Source: Octopus vulgaris | Taxonomy: Eukaryota | DNA length: 64,000 nucleotides | NCBI GenBank assembly: GCA_951406725.2 | Contig: OX597829.1 | Coordinates: forward strand, 44,020,001 to 44,084,000 | Direction of reading: 5' to 3' | Shown here: positions 26,579 to 40,225 of the stretch, piece after piece | Layout of the letters: each line of letters starts with the position of its first letter | How positions within the stretch are numbered: position 1 is the stretch's first letter | Made by a program: the position numbers and the translations under genes | Notes under the pieces: generated by a model | Told to the model about the DNA's origin: nothing | Seen by the model: only the letters and a program-made list of their open reading frames with translations | Database searches by the model: none

Positions 26579-26624
26579 GTATCTATCTATCTATCTATGT
26601 ATCTATCTATCTATCTATCTATCT

Positions 26625-27858
26625 GCGGCATCTCTGGCTCTATGTAGACGACGGTGAACAGGTGTGGTCGCCGTTTGTGAGGCACGCTTTCCCGCAGCTC
26701 GTCTCCATGACCGAACTGCAGTCGTGGATCAAAAAGAGGCCGAGGAAGGGCGAATGGCACCGCGAGTGTCGCGTAGCTCTCAAGCAACTCTGCCGTCCTG
26801 GGTCGACCTTAAGTGACTTAAACACAACCAAAGCATTCTATAGGGGTTTAGTGGAGGGGAGGTACGACGACGAGCTCGGGGCGAACCTGGACGTCGACGA
26901 GGAGTACCTGACCCGCCTGTTCAGGACGACTTTCGGGCCAGGGCCCATGGACAACTTCCAGAGATCCCTGGCCTGGCAGTGCTACCGAGAAGCGCTACCC
27001 GTTCGGGATAGGCTCTACAGACACGGCTCGAGAAACACGGGGCCGACCTGCCCGAGATGCGGTCAGAGCGACGAAACCGTTCTTCACGCACTCGTTCAGT
27101 GTCCAACAATTTCCGACCTGTGGGCTTATGTCGAACAACTGCTGTCACGTGTGGGACGAGTCGGTTTATCAGCTGAGTCTATCGTCAATATTGTCACGCC
27201 TCCTTCCTTCAAACGGGAAGGAAGAGCTATTTTCATCATCCTTGTGGCTATGGCGAAGGAATGTATCTGGTGGACGCGTCTGAAAGGATTGGAGACAAAC
27301 ACTTTCCTCTCTGGTCAATCTCTCATCAACTTCTTCAAGTACCACTTGAAAAGGAAAGTGAGAGTAGAGAGGCAAGTTTTGTCTAGCGAATGTTTTAAAA
27401 AAAGATGGGTGAATGTAGCAAGAATGGCACGTATGAATAACGAAGCCACCTTGAGCATAGTCCTATGAACCCAGAAATCGAAAACAGAGAGTTGCTTATT
27501 TGCAAAAAAAAAAAAAAAAAAAAAAGAAATATAAAATGTGACATCATTGACCGAGGTTACCGTGGTCTTTTCCGTAGGCTTTTCTTTGCACGGGTAAACC
27601 TCACCTGTCCTCCCCTTTACACTTCATATTGACATTTCTGTGATAACGATCCCTATTGATCAATTTTTTTTTCCTCTCCCCCTTTGTTTTAAACCCCCCT
27701 TTTTTTGTCCTCTTTCTCTCCTTTTACGATCCCTTTTGATCGAAACTCCCCCTTCCTTTTTTTTTTTTTTTTTTTTTCTTCTTAAACCTTCAAAAGAAAA
27801 GCTCTACCTTGTAATTTGTTCTATCTGTGTGCAGCCCTGTGTGGCTAATAAAGAAACA
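26625..27858 (+). mobile_element. Tx1/L1-clade LINE, 5'-truncated, inserted in (TATC)n
   Basis: Open ORF2 C-terminus to 27468 with a zf-RVT-like motif (REALPVRDRL..CPRCGQSDETVLHALVQCP); 3' UTR ending aataaagaaaca; (TATC)n on both flanks. Confidence 0.85.
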
Positions 27859-27936
<78 letters not shown>

Positions 27937-27939
27937 CAT

Positions 27940-28330
27940 ATGTGGGAAATTCTGTCTGTGTGTGTTAGTGGAGTTGTTAGCTAACTCATCCTACATTGTT
28001 TTACCGATTTTGATGAAACTTGACCCGTGTGTAGAACTGATGTCTGGAAACCTCGTGGCATCCTCAGATTGTTGCAAAAATCGATAATAGGATCCCTGGA
28101 AGGGACCATTATATATATCTAATATATTTCATCGTAACAACCAAGAAAAATAACCCATTCGCCCAGATTGTAATAGCCAAGGAAAATAAGCCATTCATTT
28201 TCCTAAATCATTTGGTATAAATCAAATTGAGTATGTTTATTTCTTAGCATTTGAACTGTTAGAATTATTTCTGTAATTTATCCAGTACAACCATAAAATA
28301 AGTAAGCAATATTTTCTAAATCAATAGATC
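27940..28330 (+). mobile_element. Helitron/HINE-like non-autonomous element (inverted copy at 53340-53645)
   Basis: gttagctaactc..ccgattttgatgaaacttgac..tgtctggaaacctc..ggca is shared with 53500-53605 (reverse complement). Also shares tatttctgtaatttatccagtacaaccataaaa with the Helitron at about 25693. Confidence 0.6.
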
Positions 28331-28525
28331 CACTTATTTCGGTTAGTGACTTTTTCACGAATATAACAACACTAGCACCGCTGAGGGTAATATTCTTTGG
28401 GAACGCATAAAGCCCTTTTCAGAGTTATTTACTTTGAATTCTTATTATCTCATATCTGATTAGCCTGTTATTATGTAACCTGCTTCATGATTTTAGTATA
28501 CATATACAAATATTACGATACAGAC

Positions 28526-28582
<57 letters not shown>

Positions 28583-29042
28583 AACACACATATATACATA
28601 TATATAGAGAGAGAGATACATACATATATATATACAATTATATATGCACATAAATACATATACGTATAAATATACATACATATGCGCACACACAGAGCCA
28701 CACACACACACACATATACGAAAAAGACCGTTATGCATCTTTCCGTTTCTAGCTACTAAACATACCTACAACTTCACTAAATTCACCCACAAGGCGTTGG
28801 AACTAAAATTTCAGGTTGTGCAATTTCCAGCGTGGCGAGTTTCTAATGCCCGGTCGAGTAAGCCGCAGGCTCGTAGACGAGCGCGGGTACAGTTGTCTCA
28901 TGCATGGGCATTGCTGGTGTTTTGCATGGGCAATGGTCACTAATGGTCTTTCTCGATCATGGGTGAAAGGCTATTATATGTGTGTATGCTTCTGTTTATG
29001 CATGTATGTATATACATATGTACACAGGTGGATATATATATA

Positions 29043-29265
29043 TTTCTTTACTACCCACAAGGGGCTAAACACAGAGGGGACAAACAATGACAGACAAACG
29101 GATTATGTCGATTATATCAACGCCAGTGCGTAACTGGTACTTAATTTATCGACCCTGAAAGGATGAAAGGCAAAGTTGACCTCGGCGGAATTTGAACTCA
29201 GAACGTAACGGCAGACGAAATACGGCTACGCATTTCACCCGGCGTGCTAACGTTTCTGCAAGCTC
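29043..29265 (-). mobile_element. SINE family B
   Basis: Reverse-complement match to the family consensus. Confidence 0.85.
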
Positions 29266-29889
29266 GTATGTATGTGTGTCTGTGTGTGCATGTTTGTATG
29301 TGTGTGTGTGCGTGCGTGTGTGTGTAAGCGTGCGCTTGTGTTTGTGCAACATAATCGTTCCCTAACTGGCGCTGATTGGTCAACGTCCCTGCAACTGTGC
29401 AGTACGGAGAAAGTATCCGACAGAATACGTAGCAGGTTTCAAAAACACAAAACCAAAACAGCACACAGATAGGCAGTGGTGTAGTTTTGTGTGACAAGTT
29501 GTTCCACTAATATACTTCATGTCACATCATTGTTATACCCCGACAAAAGGACACTGTCAGACACCGCTGTTCACAATGCGCTTCTACGAAAATTTTTCAA
29601 ATGATGCCACATTGCTAAGCAAGGCGGGCAACACCATCATTCCCCCTGAACAGGATATCTGTCAGTCACGTTGTTACTCATGTACAGAGGAGCATATGCA
29701 AACTGAAGTGCTTTCCTGAAAAACACAACGCACTGACATTCTGCAAAACAAAAGAACGATCTTGTGATGGTGAGTGCAACACCCCTAACAACAACGCTAC
29801 GCATCTTCACAAACGCAAACGCATACGCATACTCATGTATACAAGCACATATGCATGTAAGTATGTATGTATATATATATATGTGTATG

Positions 29890-29922
<33 letters not shown>

Positions 29923-29929
29923 GTGTAAA

Positions 29930-30135
29930 AATTATAATTTAGGGTATCTAAGAGATACCACCTCGCTGGAAATATCAGCCAACACTTGACTCTAAAACCA
30001 CATTAAATGTTCATACAGCACCAGAAGAGAAGGCAAAAAAGACAAAATAAAGTAACAAAAAATTACTGGATACTTCCAGATTCCAGATTTCTGGCTGTGC
30101 ATAAGAAATACTTTGCTTCATTAGTGGAATATCCT
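29930..30135 (-). mobile_element. Second copy of the 20285-20495 hammerhead element (core decayed to CTAATGA)
   Basis: aaaattataa..agggtatcta.gagatacc.cc..gctg.aaat..cagcca is shared; hammerhead remnant at 30074-30129; flanked by (TA)n. Confidence 0.7.
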
Positions 30136-30184
30136 TATTTATATAAACTTATATATATATGTATGTTTGTATAAATATATGTAC

Positions 30185-30242
<58 letters not shown>

Positions 30243-30280
30243 TGAGATATGCATAGATATTTATATACGTATATAAATAC

Positions 30281-30315
<35 letters not shown>

Positions 30316-30442
30316 GGTGTGTATAAATACATATCCATATATTTATGAATAAATATATATGTATAAATATATGTATATGGGCTCCGTATGAGCAGTCATC
30401 TAAAAGTTTTTGTGCATCTTGAGGCTGACATAAGTTCCTTAC

Positions 30443-30525
30443 TTTTCCTGATGAGAAGGCGGTATAATGCTCTCCTTATTACTTCGAAATTAGGAATATG
30501 CAGCCTTCGAAACATATGTCGAAAA
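30443..30525 (+). ncRNA. Type I hammerhead ribozyme with fully canonical core
   Basis: ttttc CTGATGA gaaggc...gccttc GAAA catatg TC gaaaa. G-C closes stem II, stem III is palindromic, GUC site. Confidence 0.85.
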
Positions 30526-30726
30526 TAAAATAAAGGAATTTTGTTAATTCGTCGTTTAACTCCAGTCTTTCATTTATTTGTATTTAAAAAAACACACAAA
30601 TTTCCCCACGATAGCACGTGATCTCTGCCCTAGGCATGTAGCTTCAACCGTGTTTTTTCTGACGTGAATTTGCTACCCAGGTATCGGTTAACCGAATTAT
30701 CCATAATAAGATAGTTCATTCAACTA

Positions 30727-30783
<57 letters not shown>

Positions 30784-31429
30784 GATAGATAGATAGATAG
30801 ATAAACATATACATATATTTATACCTATATAAGTGTGTAAGCCTGTGTCTGAGTGAGTGAATGTATCTATGAAAATGGTACATTCCAGTCTACTCAGCCT
30901 TATTGGTTATCGGGGATGTATCTTGAATATATCATTTTTTTTTCCCCTTTTATATTCTCAATAACATTTTCCTTTATATATCAATTGGTATTGCTTTATC
31001 CTTGGATATTTTCTGTTATTCTATTCCGTTATTTATCCTTCGCTTCTCTCTTTTCTTTTTCCTTTTTCTTTCTTTTTTTTCCGCCTTGCTCTTCGTTCAT
31101 CTCACTGAATTACTGATTTTCTATATTGCGGTACTCAAAGTAAAAAAACCTGGTCTTCAAAATCTCCATTGAAACATTTGGCGTTAAACAGAAGCAGCAC
31201 TGAATAAGCATTCATATATCAGAGAACAACTTACGCATCGTACTCATTACTTATCGCATATGCGAAATTGATCAATCTGGCGAGATGCTCGCGCCTATGC
31301 GTCGGGATCTATCTTGATATCAAAAGCACCGTAGAGATATAAAACATATTTGCATTCAGGTAGATGATAATGTGTGCATGTATGCATATATGTGTATGTC
31401 TGTGTGTAACCGTGTATATATATATATAT

Positions 31430-31638
31430 AACGGGAAGCTTTATGAAAATAAACAAAAGACGAAGGCAGGTGGAATACAAACAAACAATTGTATTAGTAT
31501 GGCGCTGAGGAATATAAATAAAACAAGTCTTTTATGTTTCGAGCCTACGCTCTTCAACAGAATGATACACAGAAAAGAAACACAGAAAGAAACAAGGAGA
31601 GAAAAAAAATGCGTGCAGAGGCTAGCGAATCAACATGG

Positions 31639-31640
<2 letters not shown>
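31430..31640 (-). mobile_element. Short element in (TA)n with a variant minimal hammerhead (31527-31565); second copy at 57745-57920
   Basis: Minus strand: CTGTTGAA gagc gtag gctc GAAA ca TA aaaga. Confidence 0.55.
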
Positions 31641-31692
<52 letters not shown>

Positions 31693-31740
31693 GTATATAT
31701 ATATATATATACTCGCACACACAGACATACGAGTAAGTAA

Positions 31741-31791
<51 letters not shown>

Positions 31792-31833
31792 CATACATAT
31801 ATATATAAATTTATATGTATGTATATTTATATA

Positions 31834-31873
<40 letters not shown>

Positions 31874-31999
31874 ACAAGATAAGGGCAAAAGAAAAATTCT
31901 AATGCCAAATATGCCGAAAAAAAGACAAAACTTTTCAATAAGCATTATAATTTATGCGTCTCGAAACAAACCGATAGAAATCTCTAAAAAAATTCGTTA

Positions 32000-32057
32000 T
32001 TACCATTTTGGTCCAATTTCGGGGTTAATTAATAAATTTTCCCCTCTTCAGCGGCAA
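32000..32057 (-). ncRNA. Hammerhead motif with mutated cleavage site
   Basis: ttgccg CTGAAGA gggg...cccc GAAA ttgg a ccaa AA tggtaa. All stems pair, but A replaces the conserved U16.1. Confidence 0.65.
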
Positions 32058-32509
32058 ATACGCGAGATATAAGTGAAATACTTACTCATACCCATGGAAA
32101 AATCAAGCACTAAGTCCAGAGCAGACCTAAGTACCCCAAATATATCCAAATAGAAAAATCTTCGGCACATCTCGAGACACGTGTGATTCGAACTAGAAAC
32201 TTTCACAGAATGAGAGAATCCGGAAATGAAACACTATTCAATTTATAACTAATGTAGGATAAAAAAAAGTACTAAACAAATAAGCTTGACCATACAAAAG
32301 CCACGCCTTTTTACCTCAAAATTCTTCTCAAAAATATTCGTCTTTCTTCTTCCTTGCTTGGCAAACACTAGAAAATTCTTTATAAAAAGTCCTAGAAATC
32401 TAAATTTGAACCATTTTTTGATAAGTCCGATAACGGAAGAAAGCGCTAAAAAAGTTAATAGTAAAAAGTAAATATATATATATATATATATTCTTATATA
32501 CTTTTATTC

Positions 32510-33008
32510 CAATATTCTTTTATTTGTTTGCGCCATTTGACGGCAGCCATCCTGGAGCACCACCTTTATTCGAACAAATCGACCACAGGACTTATTCTTT
32601 GTAAGCCTAATATTTATTCTATCGATATCTTTTGCCGGACCGTTAATGCTACGGGAACATAAACACACCAACAGCGGTTGTCAAGCGATGGTAAGGGGGC
32701 ACATACATGCATACATATATACATACACACACACACATATATATACACATATATATACACACATTTATACATATATATATGTATGCATGTGTGCGTCTGA
32801 AATCTTGTCCCCTTACCATCGATTCACAACCGATGCTGGTGTGTTTTATATATATATATATATGACGGGCTTCTTTCAGTTTCCCTCTACCAAATCCACT
32901 CACAAGACTTTGGTCGACCCGAGGCTAAAGTAAAAGACACTCGCCCAAGATGTCAGGCAGTGGGGCTGAATCTGGGACTAAGTGGTTGGTCACACAGCCA
33001 CTCCAGCG

Positions 33009-33011
<3 letters not shown>
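32510..33011 (-). mobile_element. SINE family A, diverged and rearranged
   Basis: Consensus segments on the minus strand, with a short internal inverted piece at about 32800-32845. Confidence 0.75.
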
Positions 33012-33058
<47 letters not shown>

Positions 33059-33299
33059 GAGAATTTACAGAGTGACTCACGGACTAAGAGTTTCGTTCGT
33101 TGGCACTTATGAAACTTTTCATAAAAGCCAACACAAGAACGAACATCATATTTACTTTTATTTTGTGTTTTATTTCCACTATGATATATATATGGGTTTC
33201 CACCACCGAAGCTCTAGTTGTGTGTGTATGTGTGTGAGTGTGTAATATATCTGTATATGAGTGTTGATATTGCCTCTACCTTTACTACCTCCTTCCCTC

Positions 33300-33307
33300 T
33301 CTATATA

Positions 33308-33349
<42 letters not shown>

Positions 33350-33395
33350 ATTATCTATCTGCTTTTTGTCTGTCTGTCTGTCTATCCATCCATCC

Positions 33396-33467
<72 letters not shown>

Positions 33468-33538
33468 GTTTTTTGTCTATTAATCTATCTATCTATCTAT
33501 CGACCTATCTATCTATCTATATATTTATATATATCTAC

Positions 33539-33589
<51 letters not shown>

Positions 33590-33690
33590 CCTATCTACCT
33601 ATCTATCAATTAATCTATCTATCTGTCTATCTATCTATCTATCCATCCATCTATCTGTCTATCTGTCTATCTATCTATCTCTCTGTCTGC

Positions 33691-33765
<75 letters not shown>
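33300..33765. repeat. (TATC)n / (TC)n / (TA)n compound microsatellite
   Basis: Read directly from the sequence. Confidence 0.95.
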
Positions 33766-33766
<1 letters not shown>

Positions 33767-34431
33767 TTCTTTCTGTTTGACTGTCTTTCTGCCTGTCTAA
33801 CTCCACCTTTTTTGCGTTTGTATTTCTGTCAGTTAGCGTATACCTTAGCTCACCTACTTAAAGGTTTGTTGCGCCTGAGTTACGATCATCAAAGTTTAGC
33901 AGATATCTCCCTCACACACATACCCACACACAGACACCCCACACACACACACACACACTCACACACACAAACACACATATACCACACATTAACAAATGAA
34001 AAACCTATAATAGAGAGAAAAGAAAGCCAATTTCAAGAAAAAAAAATAATACAAAGAAGACAAGAGAAATCATCCATACTTTTGCATCCGTTGGGAAAAG
34101 ACCTTTACCATCTGTGTTGCTGATTTAAGTAAGATTTATGACCGATGATGTGCCAAAGCGGAGCGAAAGTTGTTTCTGTATGATTGAGGAAAAGATATAC
34201 ATTTACTCCAAGGAAAACTATATCAAAAAGATTTGGACTTCTCAACTGCTTATGCTCTGTTATTTTTCTTGCTATATGTGTGCACATGCGTGCGTGTATG
34301 TGTGTATATGATAGGAGTAAAAACACCGAGGATGGGAGAGAGAGAGAGAGAGAGAGAGGGAGTCAGACTATATTTTCTTAGTTTTCTTTGCACGCATATC
34401 GCCAAGTGAAAGGAGGTTCCTTTACTTCTAT

Positions 34432-34506
<75 letters not shown>

Positions 34507-34653
34507 CACATACATACACATATATACATATATATATATATGAATATATAAATATGTATATATATATGTATATACATATATATATATATATATATAAATA
34601 CACACACAGATACACATACATACACATATATACATATATATATGAATATATAA

Positions 34654-34698
<45 letters not shown>

Positions 34699-34762
34699 CA
34701 AACACATATGCATATAAAAATATTCACACATATGCATACATATGTGTGTATGTGTATGTATA

Positions 34763-34821
<59 letters not shown>

Positions 34822-35304
34822 ATGTATGTATGTATGTATGTATATATGTATGTATGTATGTATGTATATATGTGTATATAGATGAAACATATAATGTTAT
34901 CTCTAGTGATAGTTGTATGATTGCAGATTATACCTTTCCCTTTTCTGTGTGTATGTTTTTTTTATGTTTCTTTTTTTCGTCTTTTTTCTTTTTCTCGTAG
35001 AATTTGGGCGGTACTGCCATGAGTATTTTCTTTCATTATCTCTCTATTTTCTTCCTGTATCTTCTAAATTTCAGTGGCTGGAAACATGGATATTGAAAAC
35101 AAACAAACAAAAAAAAAACAAACAAAAAACATACAAAACCATCCAAACAACAAACAAACAAACATGAAACTTCTAGGAATATAAAAAGCAAAAAAAAAAA
35201 AAAAAAAAAACTGAGAAATAATCACTATATCAAAATAGAAGAAATCAATAAGAAGATATATATATATATTAAAAAAAAAAAAAAAAAATAATAATAAAAA
35301 AACC

Positions 35305-35580
35305 TGGATGACAGCTACCATCATTCCAAAGATTATGTATTACTTCAATCAAGAGTGAAGACGGCGAAGATGTCTGCCGATGGTTAGACGTGCTATAAAT
35401 CCACTCCGGCTTCATCCAGTGTGAGTTGATATCAATTTGAGATTTCTTTCTGTATTCGTTCGAGATACCAAACTCGGACAACTCGTTGTTTTGCAATATA
35501 ACTTTCTGGTGGGGTCCAGTAGCAATCTTCTTTGGCATAATAAAAGAATTATTCCTAATTGAAGAACCGGACTTCGCGGA
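35305..35580 (-). other. Candidate coding exon of an unidentified gene
   Basis: Acceptor-like tttatgtgttctgcatag|, then an open frame SAKSGSSIRNNSFIMPKKIATGPHQKVILQNNELSEFG..HNLWNDG in unique, higher-GC sequence. The donor is weak and no domain is recognised. Confidence 0.3.
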
Positions 35581-36780
35581 CTATGCAGAACACATAAAGC
35601 TTTCTTTCTTTCTTACTTCTTCCTCCTCTCCTCAATCGCACACATACACACGTATATAAGTAAGTATATAAGAATGTGCACACGCATACACGCACACACA
35701 CACACACACACACATACACACACACACACACACACACATACACATACACACATACACACACACACATACACAAATAGTGCTGCATCAGGCTGCGCAATAT
35801 TTTTTGTGTATCTATCTCTCTACCTGAGCATCTGTCAATCTATATATATTTATTTATTTACATGTGTATGTATATATATATGTATGTCTATCTATCTATC
35901 TATCGAATTATGTATATTTATTTATATGCATGTATATATATATATATATATATACAATGTATGTATACATGTATTATGTATGTATGTGTGTACGTACGTA
36001 CGTATGTATGTATGTATGTATGTATGTATGAATGTATGAATGCATGCATGTATGTATGTATGTATGTGTGTATGTATGTATGTGTGTGTGTATGTATGTA
36101 TGTATGCATGTATGTATGTGTGTATGTATGTATGTATGTATGTATGTATGTATGTATGTATGTATGTATGTGTGTGTGCATATATGTATGTATACATGTA
36201 TGTATGTATGTATGCTAAAAAACAAGAATCATTGGCTTCGTGTTCAGTTACGTGCAATGACGATGAACTCTACTACAATTGCAAGTAAGTATCTACAATA
36301 ACCTCTGGGGGGCAAATAACTTGAGTACTGATATTGCAAGACGAAAACTGTACAAAATACCATTATGAAGATTTTGTATTATTTTTCGCAGCAGTATATG
36401 TTATGACATTGTACTGTGTTGTCAGAAATTCGGTAGATTCCCTGTATTCCTTCCTTTTCCAATGTTTATTTGTATATATATATATAACATACAGACTATT
36501 TTGCAGAGGAGCAACGTAGTAATATATGCTATTTTACTAATTCGTTATTTGCATCTTTCAATGATTAAACAGTTGTCATACTGGAGCACTGCCTTTTAGG
36601 GTTAGTGGAACAGGCCACTCTGGTGTTTATTCAAAGTTTGTCATTCTGTTTCACTGAATTGTTTATGTCACGGAGACCTAAAAGTCAATACTGGTCGTCA
36701 GGTGATGGAGAGGCAAATAGAGACACAAAGAGACACGCATGCATAAACATCTACATATACATACACCCCACACACACACA

Positions 36781-36881
<101 letters not shown>

Positions 36882-36979
36882 CCTGTATATATAGTATATA
36901 TATACATATACATACATACACATATATACATATATATATATATTCATATATATATATACATATATATATATACATACAT

Positions 36980-37545
36980 AAATAAATATAAGAGAGTGGT
37001 CACTATGTGGCTCACTCTAGCACTAGTAAATCCAAAAGGTTTCAACCACAAAAATACATGTTTCCCATGAAAGTCAGTACGATTGTTAGCTCACACGAAC
37101 AGGGCAAATAAAAAATAACAGTGTATTTATCGTTATGGTAAAATCTGGCGTGTGATTGAGTGGATTTCATCCAGATAGTTTTGGCTGAGGAGCTACAAGT
37201 GAGTTTTTTTGTGAGTAAAATTACATTTAATTCATTAATAGCGAAACAATTGTCCCAAAATAATCTGTATTTTTGTTATTTTTTATTTGCCCTGTTCGTG
37301 TGAGCTAACAATCGTACTGACTTTCATGGGAAACATGTATTTTTGTGGTTGAAACCTTTTGGATTTACTAGTGCTAGAGTGAGCCACATAGTGACCACTC
37401 TCTTATATTTATTTTTGTATAAAATATTATAATATATTATAAAATATTATAATAATCCAGGTTTCTCGGGGCACTGGGTCACTTGGTGTTGAATAGGTAT
37501 ACTATTAAATTAGTATCTAATTCTCTCACCCTTATTAATTAATTA
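36980..37545 (+). mobile_element. Hammerhead-bearing element with a ~140-bp perfect inverted repeat
   Basis: 36980-37120 is the reverse complement of 37274-37413; flanked by TA-rich microsatellite. Confidence 0.8.
37179..37260 (+). ncRNA. Type I hammerhead ribozyme with canonical core
   Basis: ttttgg CTGAGGA gcta...tagc GAAA caattg TC ccaaaa. Confidence 0.85.
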
Positions 37546-37604
37546 TATATACATACATATATACATATATATGCATTCATATGTACACATATATATGTAC
37601 ATAT

Positions 37605-37646
<42 letters not shown>

Positions 37647-37689
37647 GCATGTATGTATATATATGTGTGTATATGTATGTATGTATATA

Positions 37690-37990
37690 TCATCATCATC
37701 ATCATCATTTAGCGTCCGCTTTCCATGCTAGCATGGGTTGGACGGTTCAACTGGGGTCTGTGAAGCCAGAAGGCTGCATCAGGCCAAGTCAGATCTGGCA
37801 GTGTTTCTACGGCTGGATGCCCTTCCTAACGCCAACCACTCCGTGAGTGTAGTGGGTGCCTTTTGCGTGCCACCCGCACAGGTGCCAGACGGAGCTGGCA
37901 AACAGCCACGGACGGATGGTGCTTTTTACGTGCCACCGGCACGGGGGCCAGGCGAGGCTGGCAACGGCGACGATCGGATGGTGCTTTTTA
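37690..37990 (-). mobile_element. SINE/RTE-tail-like repeat with a (CAT)n end and an internal ~62-bp tandem duplication
   Basis: ggctggatgcccttcctaacgccaacc motif; units at about 37861 and 37923. Confidence 0.6.
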
Positions 37991-38089
37991 TATGCATATA
38001 CATATGTATATATATATATATACATACATACATGCATACATACATACGTACTGACATAATATATACATATATAAATACATACTTTTCGT

Positions 38090-38850
38090 GAACATGGTAA
38101 TGCTCGCGAACACAAAATTATGAAAAGCCTGATGCACGTACAAACGCTGACTCATTGGGTATGAAAGGCATCCAAATTTATGAGCTTGTCACTCGTTTCC
38201 CGAACGCAGTTATGATGCCAAGACTGACACGAAATGAGAGGGAGCAAGCCATCGGACGTATCCATGCTATTCAACGTCCATTGATCATTGCCAATGACTT
38301 GAACTGCAGCATTCACGACAAGTGCAAGACTGAGGGAACGATACAGTGCCACAAACTGTACAGATTATCGTCCACACAGTGGGCGACCAAGTGTTACGTC
38401 AAGATCGCCACCTGCACCGACAGCTCTTGCAGGACCGATTCCGGAGGACAACGGAATCAGCTAGGCAGACCAGAGGGACTCACCACAGGGACATTTGTGC
38501 AGAGACAGTTCGACGCCGGATGCAATCTTTCAATATGCTTTGCTGACGTCCAGTTAGGGGCCCCATTGTCACAGATCGTCATCTGCAGTGGAATCAAAAA
38601 CGTCAGAACTGGCTATAGTGGAGGACTGTAGACTTCTATGACGAAAGTATACATTGCATTTCTGTGGAAAATGACAGAGTTAGCATTTGGAGAAGGAGGG
38701 AAGGTCATGCCGAGGGCTGTGTGGTGGAGATAGACTCATGGAGAGGAGAGAACATCATCGTATGGGGCGGGATTTCACTCAACCAGAAACTTGAACCGGT
38801 GGTCTTCCAAAACATCTGACAAGTTGGAGGCAATGATGTAACCACTGCTT
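38090..38850 (+). mobile_element. Degenerate Tc1-like transposase
   Basis: MPRLTRNEREQAIGRIHA (HTH start); QDRHLHRQLLQDRFRRTTESAR..ICAETVRRRM; later frames give DES and IIVWGGIS. Multiple frameshifts. Confidence 0.75.
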
Positions 38851-38859
38851 GAGACCCCA

Positions 38860-39220
38860 AAGTGTGCGACGTTTCTTTTGTGGTTCAGTCTCTTTTCTCT
38901 AAGTATTTTCATGGATATTGTTCAGCTGAGCTCTCTTCTCTGGTTTCTCCTTTAGGAACTAATCAGCGATCAACTAGACTTGCATCCAGTTGTCATCAGT
39001 ATACTGTGTAACATCCTATAAGTCGTAAAGCAATTTATAGTATTCTTCCCTTGCACCTCTGAACTTTGGAATTCCCTTCCACAGTAATTTTTTTCCTTTC
39101 CAATATGACCAGCAGTCTTTAAGTCTAATGTACATCGTCACCTATTGATTTCTGTCTAGCATTCATTTTATTCTCGTAGCTCTTACGTTTTTAGTGGTCT
39201 AAGGATTTTGTAATGAGCGA
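38860..39220 (+). mobile_element. Degenerate CR1/L2-group LINE 3' end
   Basis: SLFSKYFHGYCSAELSSLV ... FFPCTSELWNSLP ... FKSNVHRHL. Confidence 0.6.
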
Positions 39221-39462
39221 ATGCTTTAGAAAATATATATGTATGTGTGTGTATATATATATATACATATACTTATATATATAAATATATACACATATAT
39301 ATGCACACACACATATATAGATATACATATATATACATATACATACATATATATACAAATATACACACATATATATATAAATATATATACATGTATATAA
39401 ATATACATATATATGTATACATATACATAAATATATATATACTTATGCATACATATGCATAC

Positions 39463-39497
<35 letters not shown>

Positions 39498-39768
39498 CAT
39501 TTGCATACATATATATACATATGCATGCCTATATATTTATATACATACATATATTTATGCAACTACATGTGGATCGTTGGCGACTTTTTTCCTCCGTCTT
39601 ATCTTGGACTTTCATCTGTCTCTTGTTTCTGAACAAGAGCTTTGCACGAAAAGTAAAACTACTGTTCTTTTCTTCCCCACGCCTCTGTTAATATTTTGCA
39701 TGTAACACGACCTCCCGTTGTTGTTTATTTCTAGCATTTTTTCTTCGTGCTTTTTTCTTTTTTGATTG

Positions 39769-39814
<46 letters not shown>

Positions 39815-40225
39815 GATGTGTTATAATACTATTCCACACCCATACTAACAATCAAATAATACTATTCTATATATACAAAAACAATCATACCGACTATCCA
39901 ACATACCTCCATCATCCGCTGCCTCGCGGATATCATTATGGTTTCGACACCTGGGCAGTACCATTCAATCTGGCGGTGTCAACAGCACTAAAATAAGTGT
40001 TGTTTGGAAACAAACAAACCAAAGAAACCACAACTTCCAAATACTTTTAACCAATGTACAACCGTATCGATAAACAAATTCCATAAGTAAATTATATCCA
40101 CTCCTAAATACGTAACTAAACAGCGACGACTTAATTAAGTCATACAAATTTATAATCCCTACCGTGTTCAGTAGTATAATATAAAACTAAAAGCTTAATA
40201 ACCACATTATTTCAATCAATTAATA

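Noticed and set aside
26473-26624. N-terminal part of the 331-aa ORF
   Set aside because: It is in-frame read-through of (TATG)n/(TATC)n; the real LINE coding sequence begins at about 26625.
33080-33150. Hammerhead-like remnants here (minus strand) and at about 39940-39990 and 40868-40918
   Set aside because: Only part of the core, or only the stems, is present. They may be decayed copies but cannot be supported individually.
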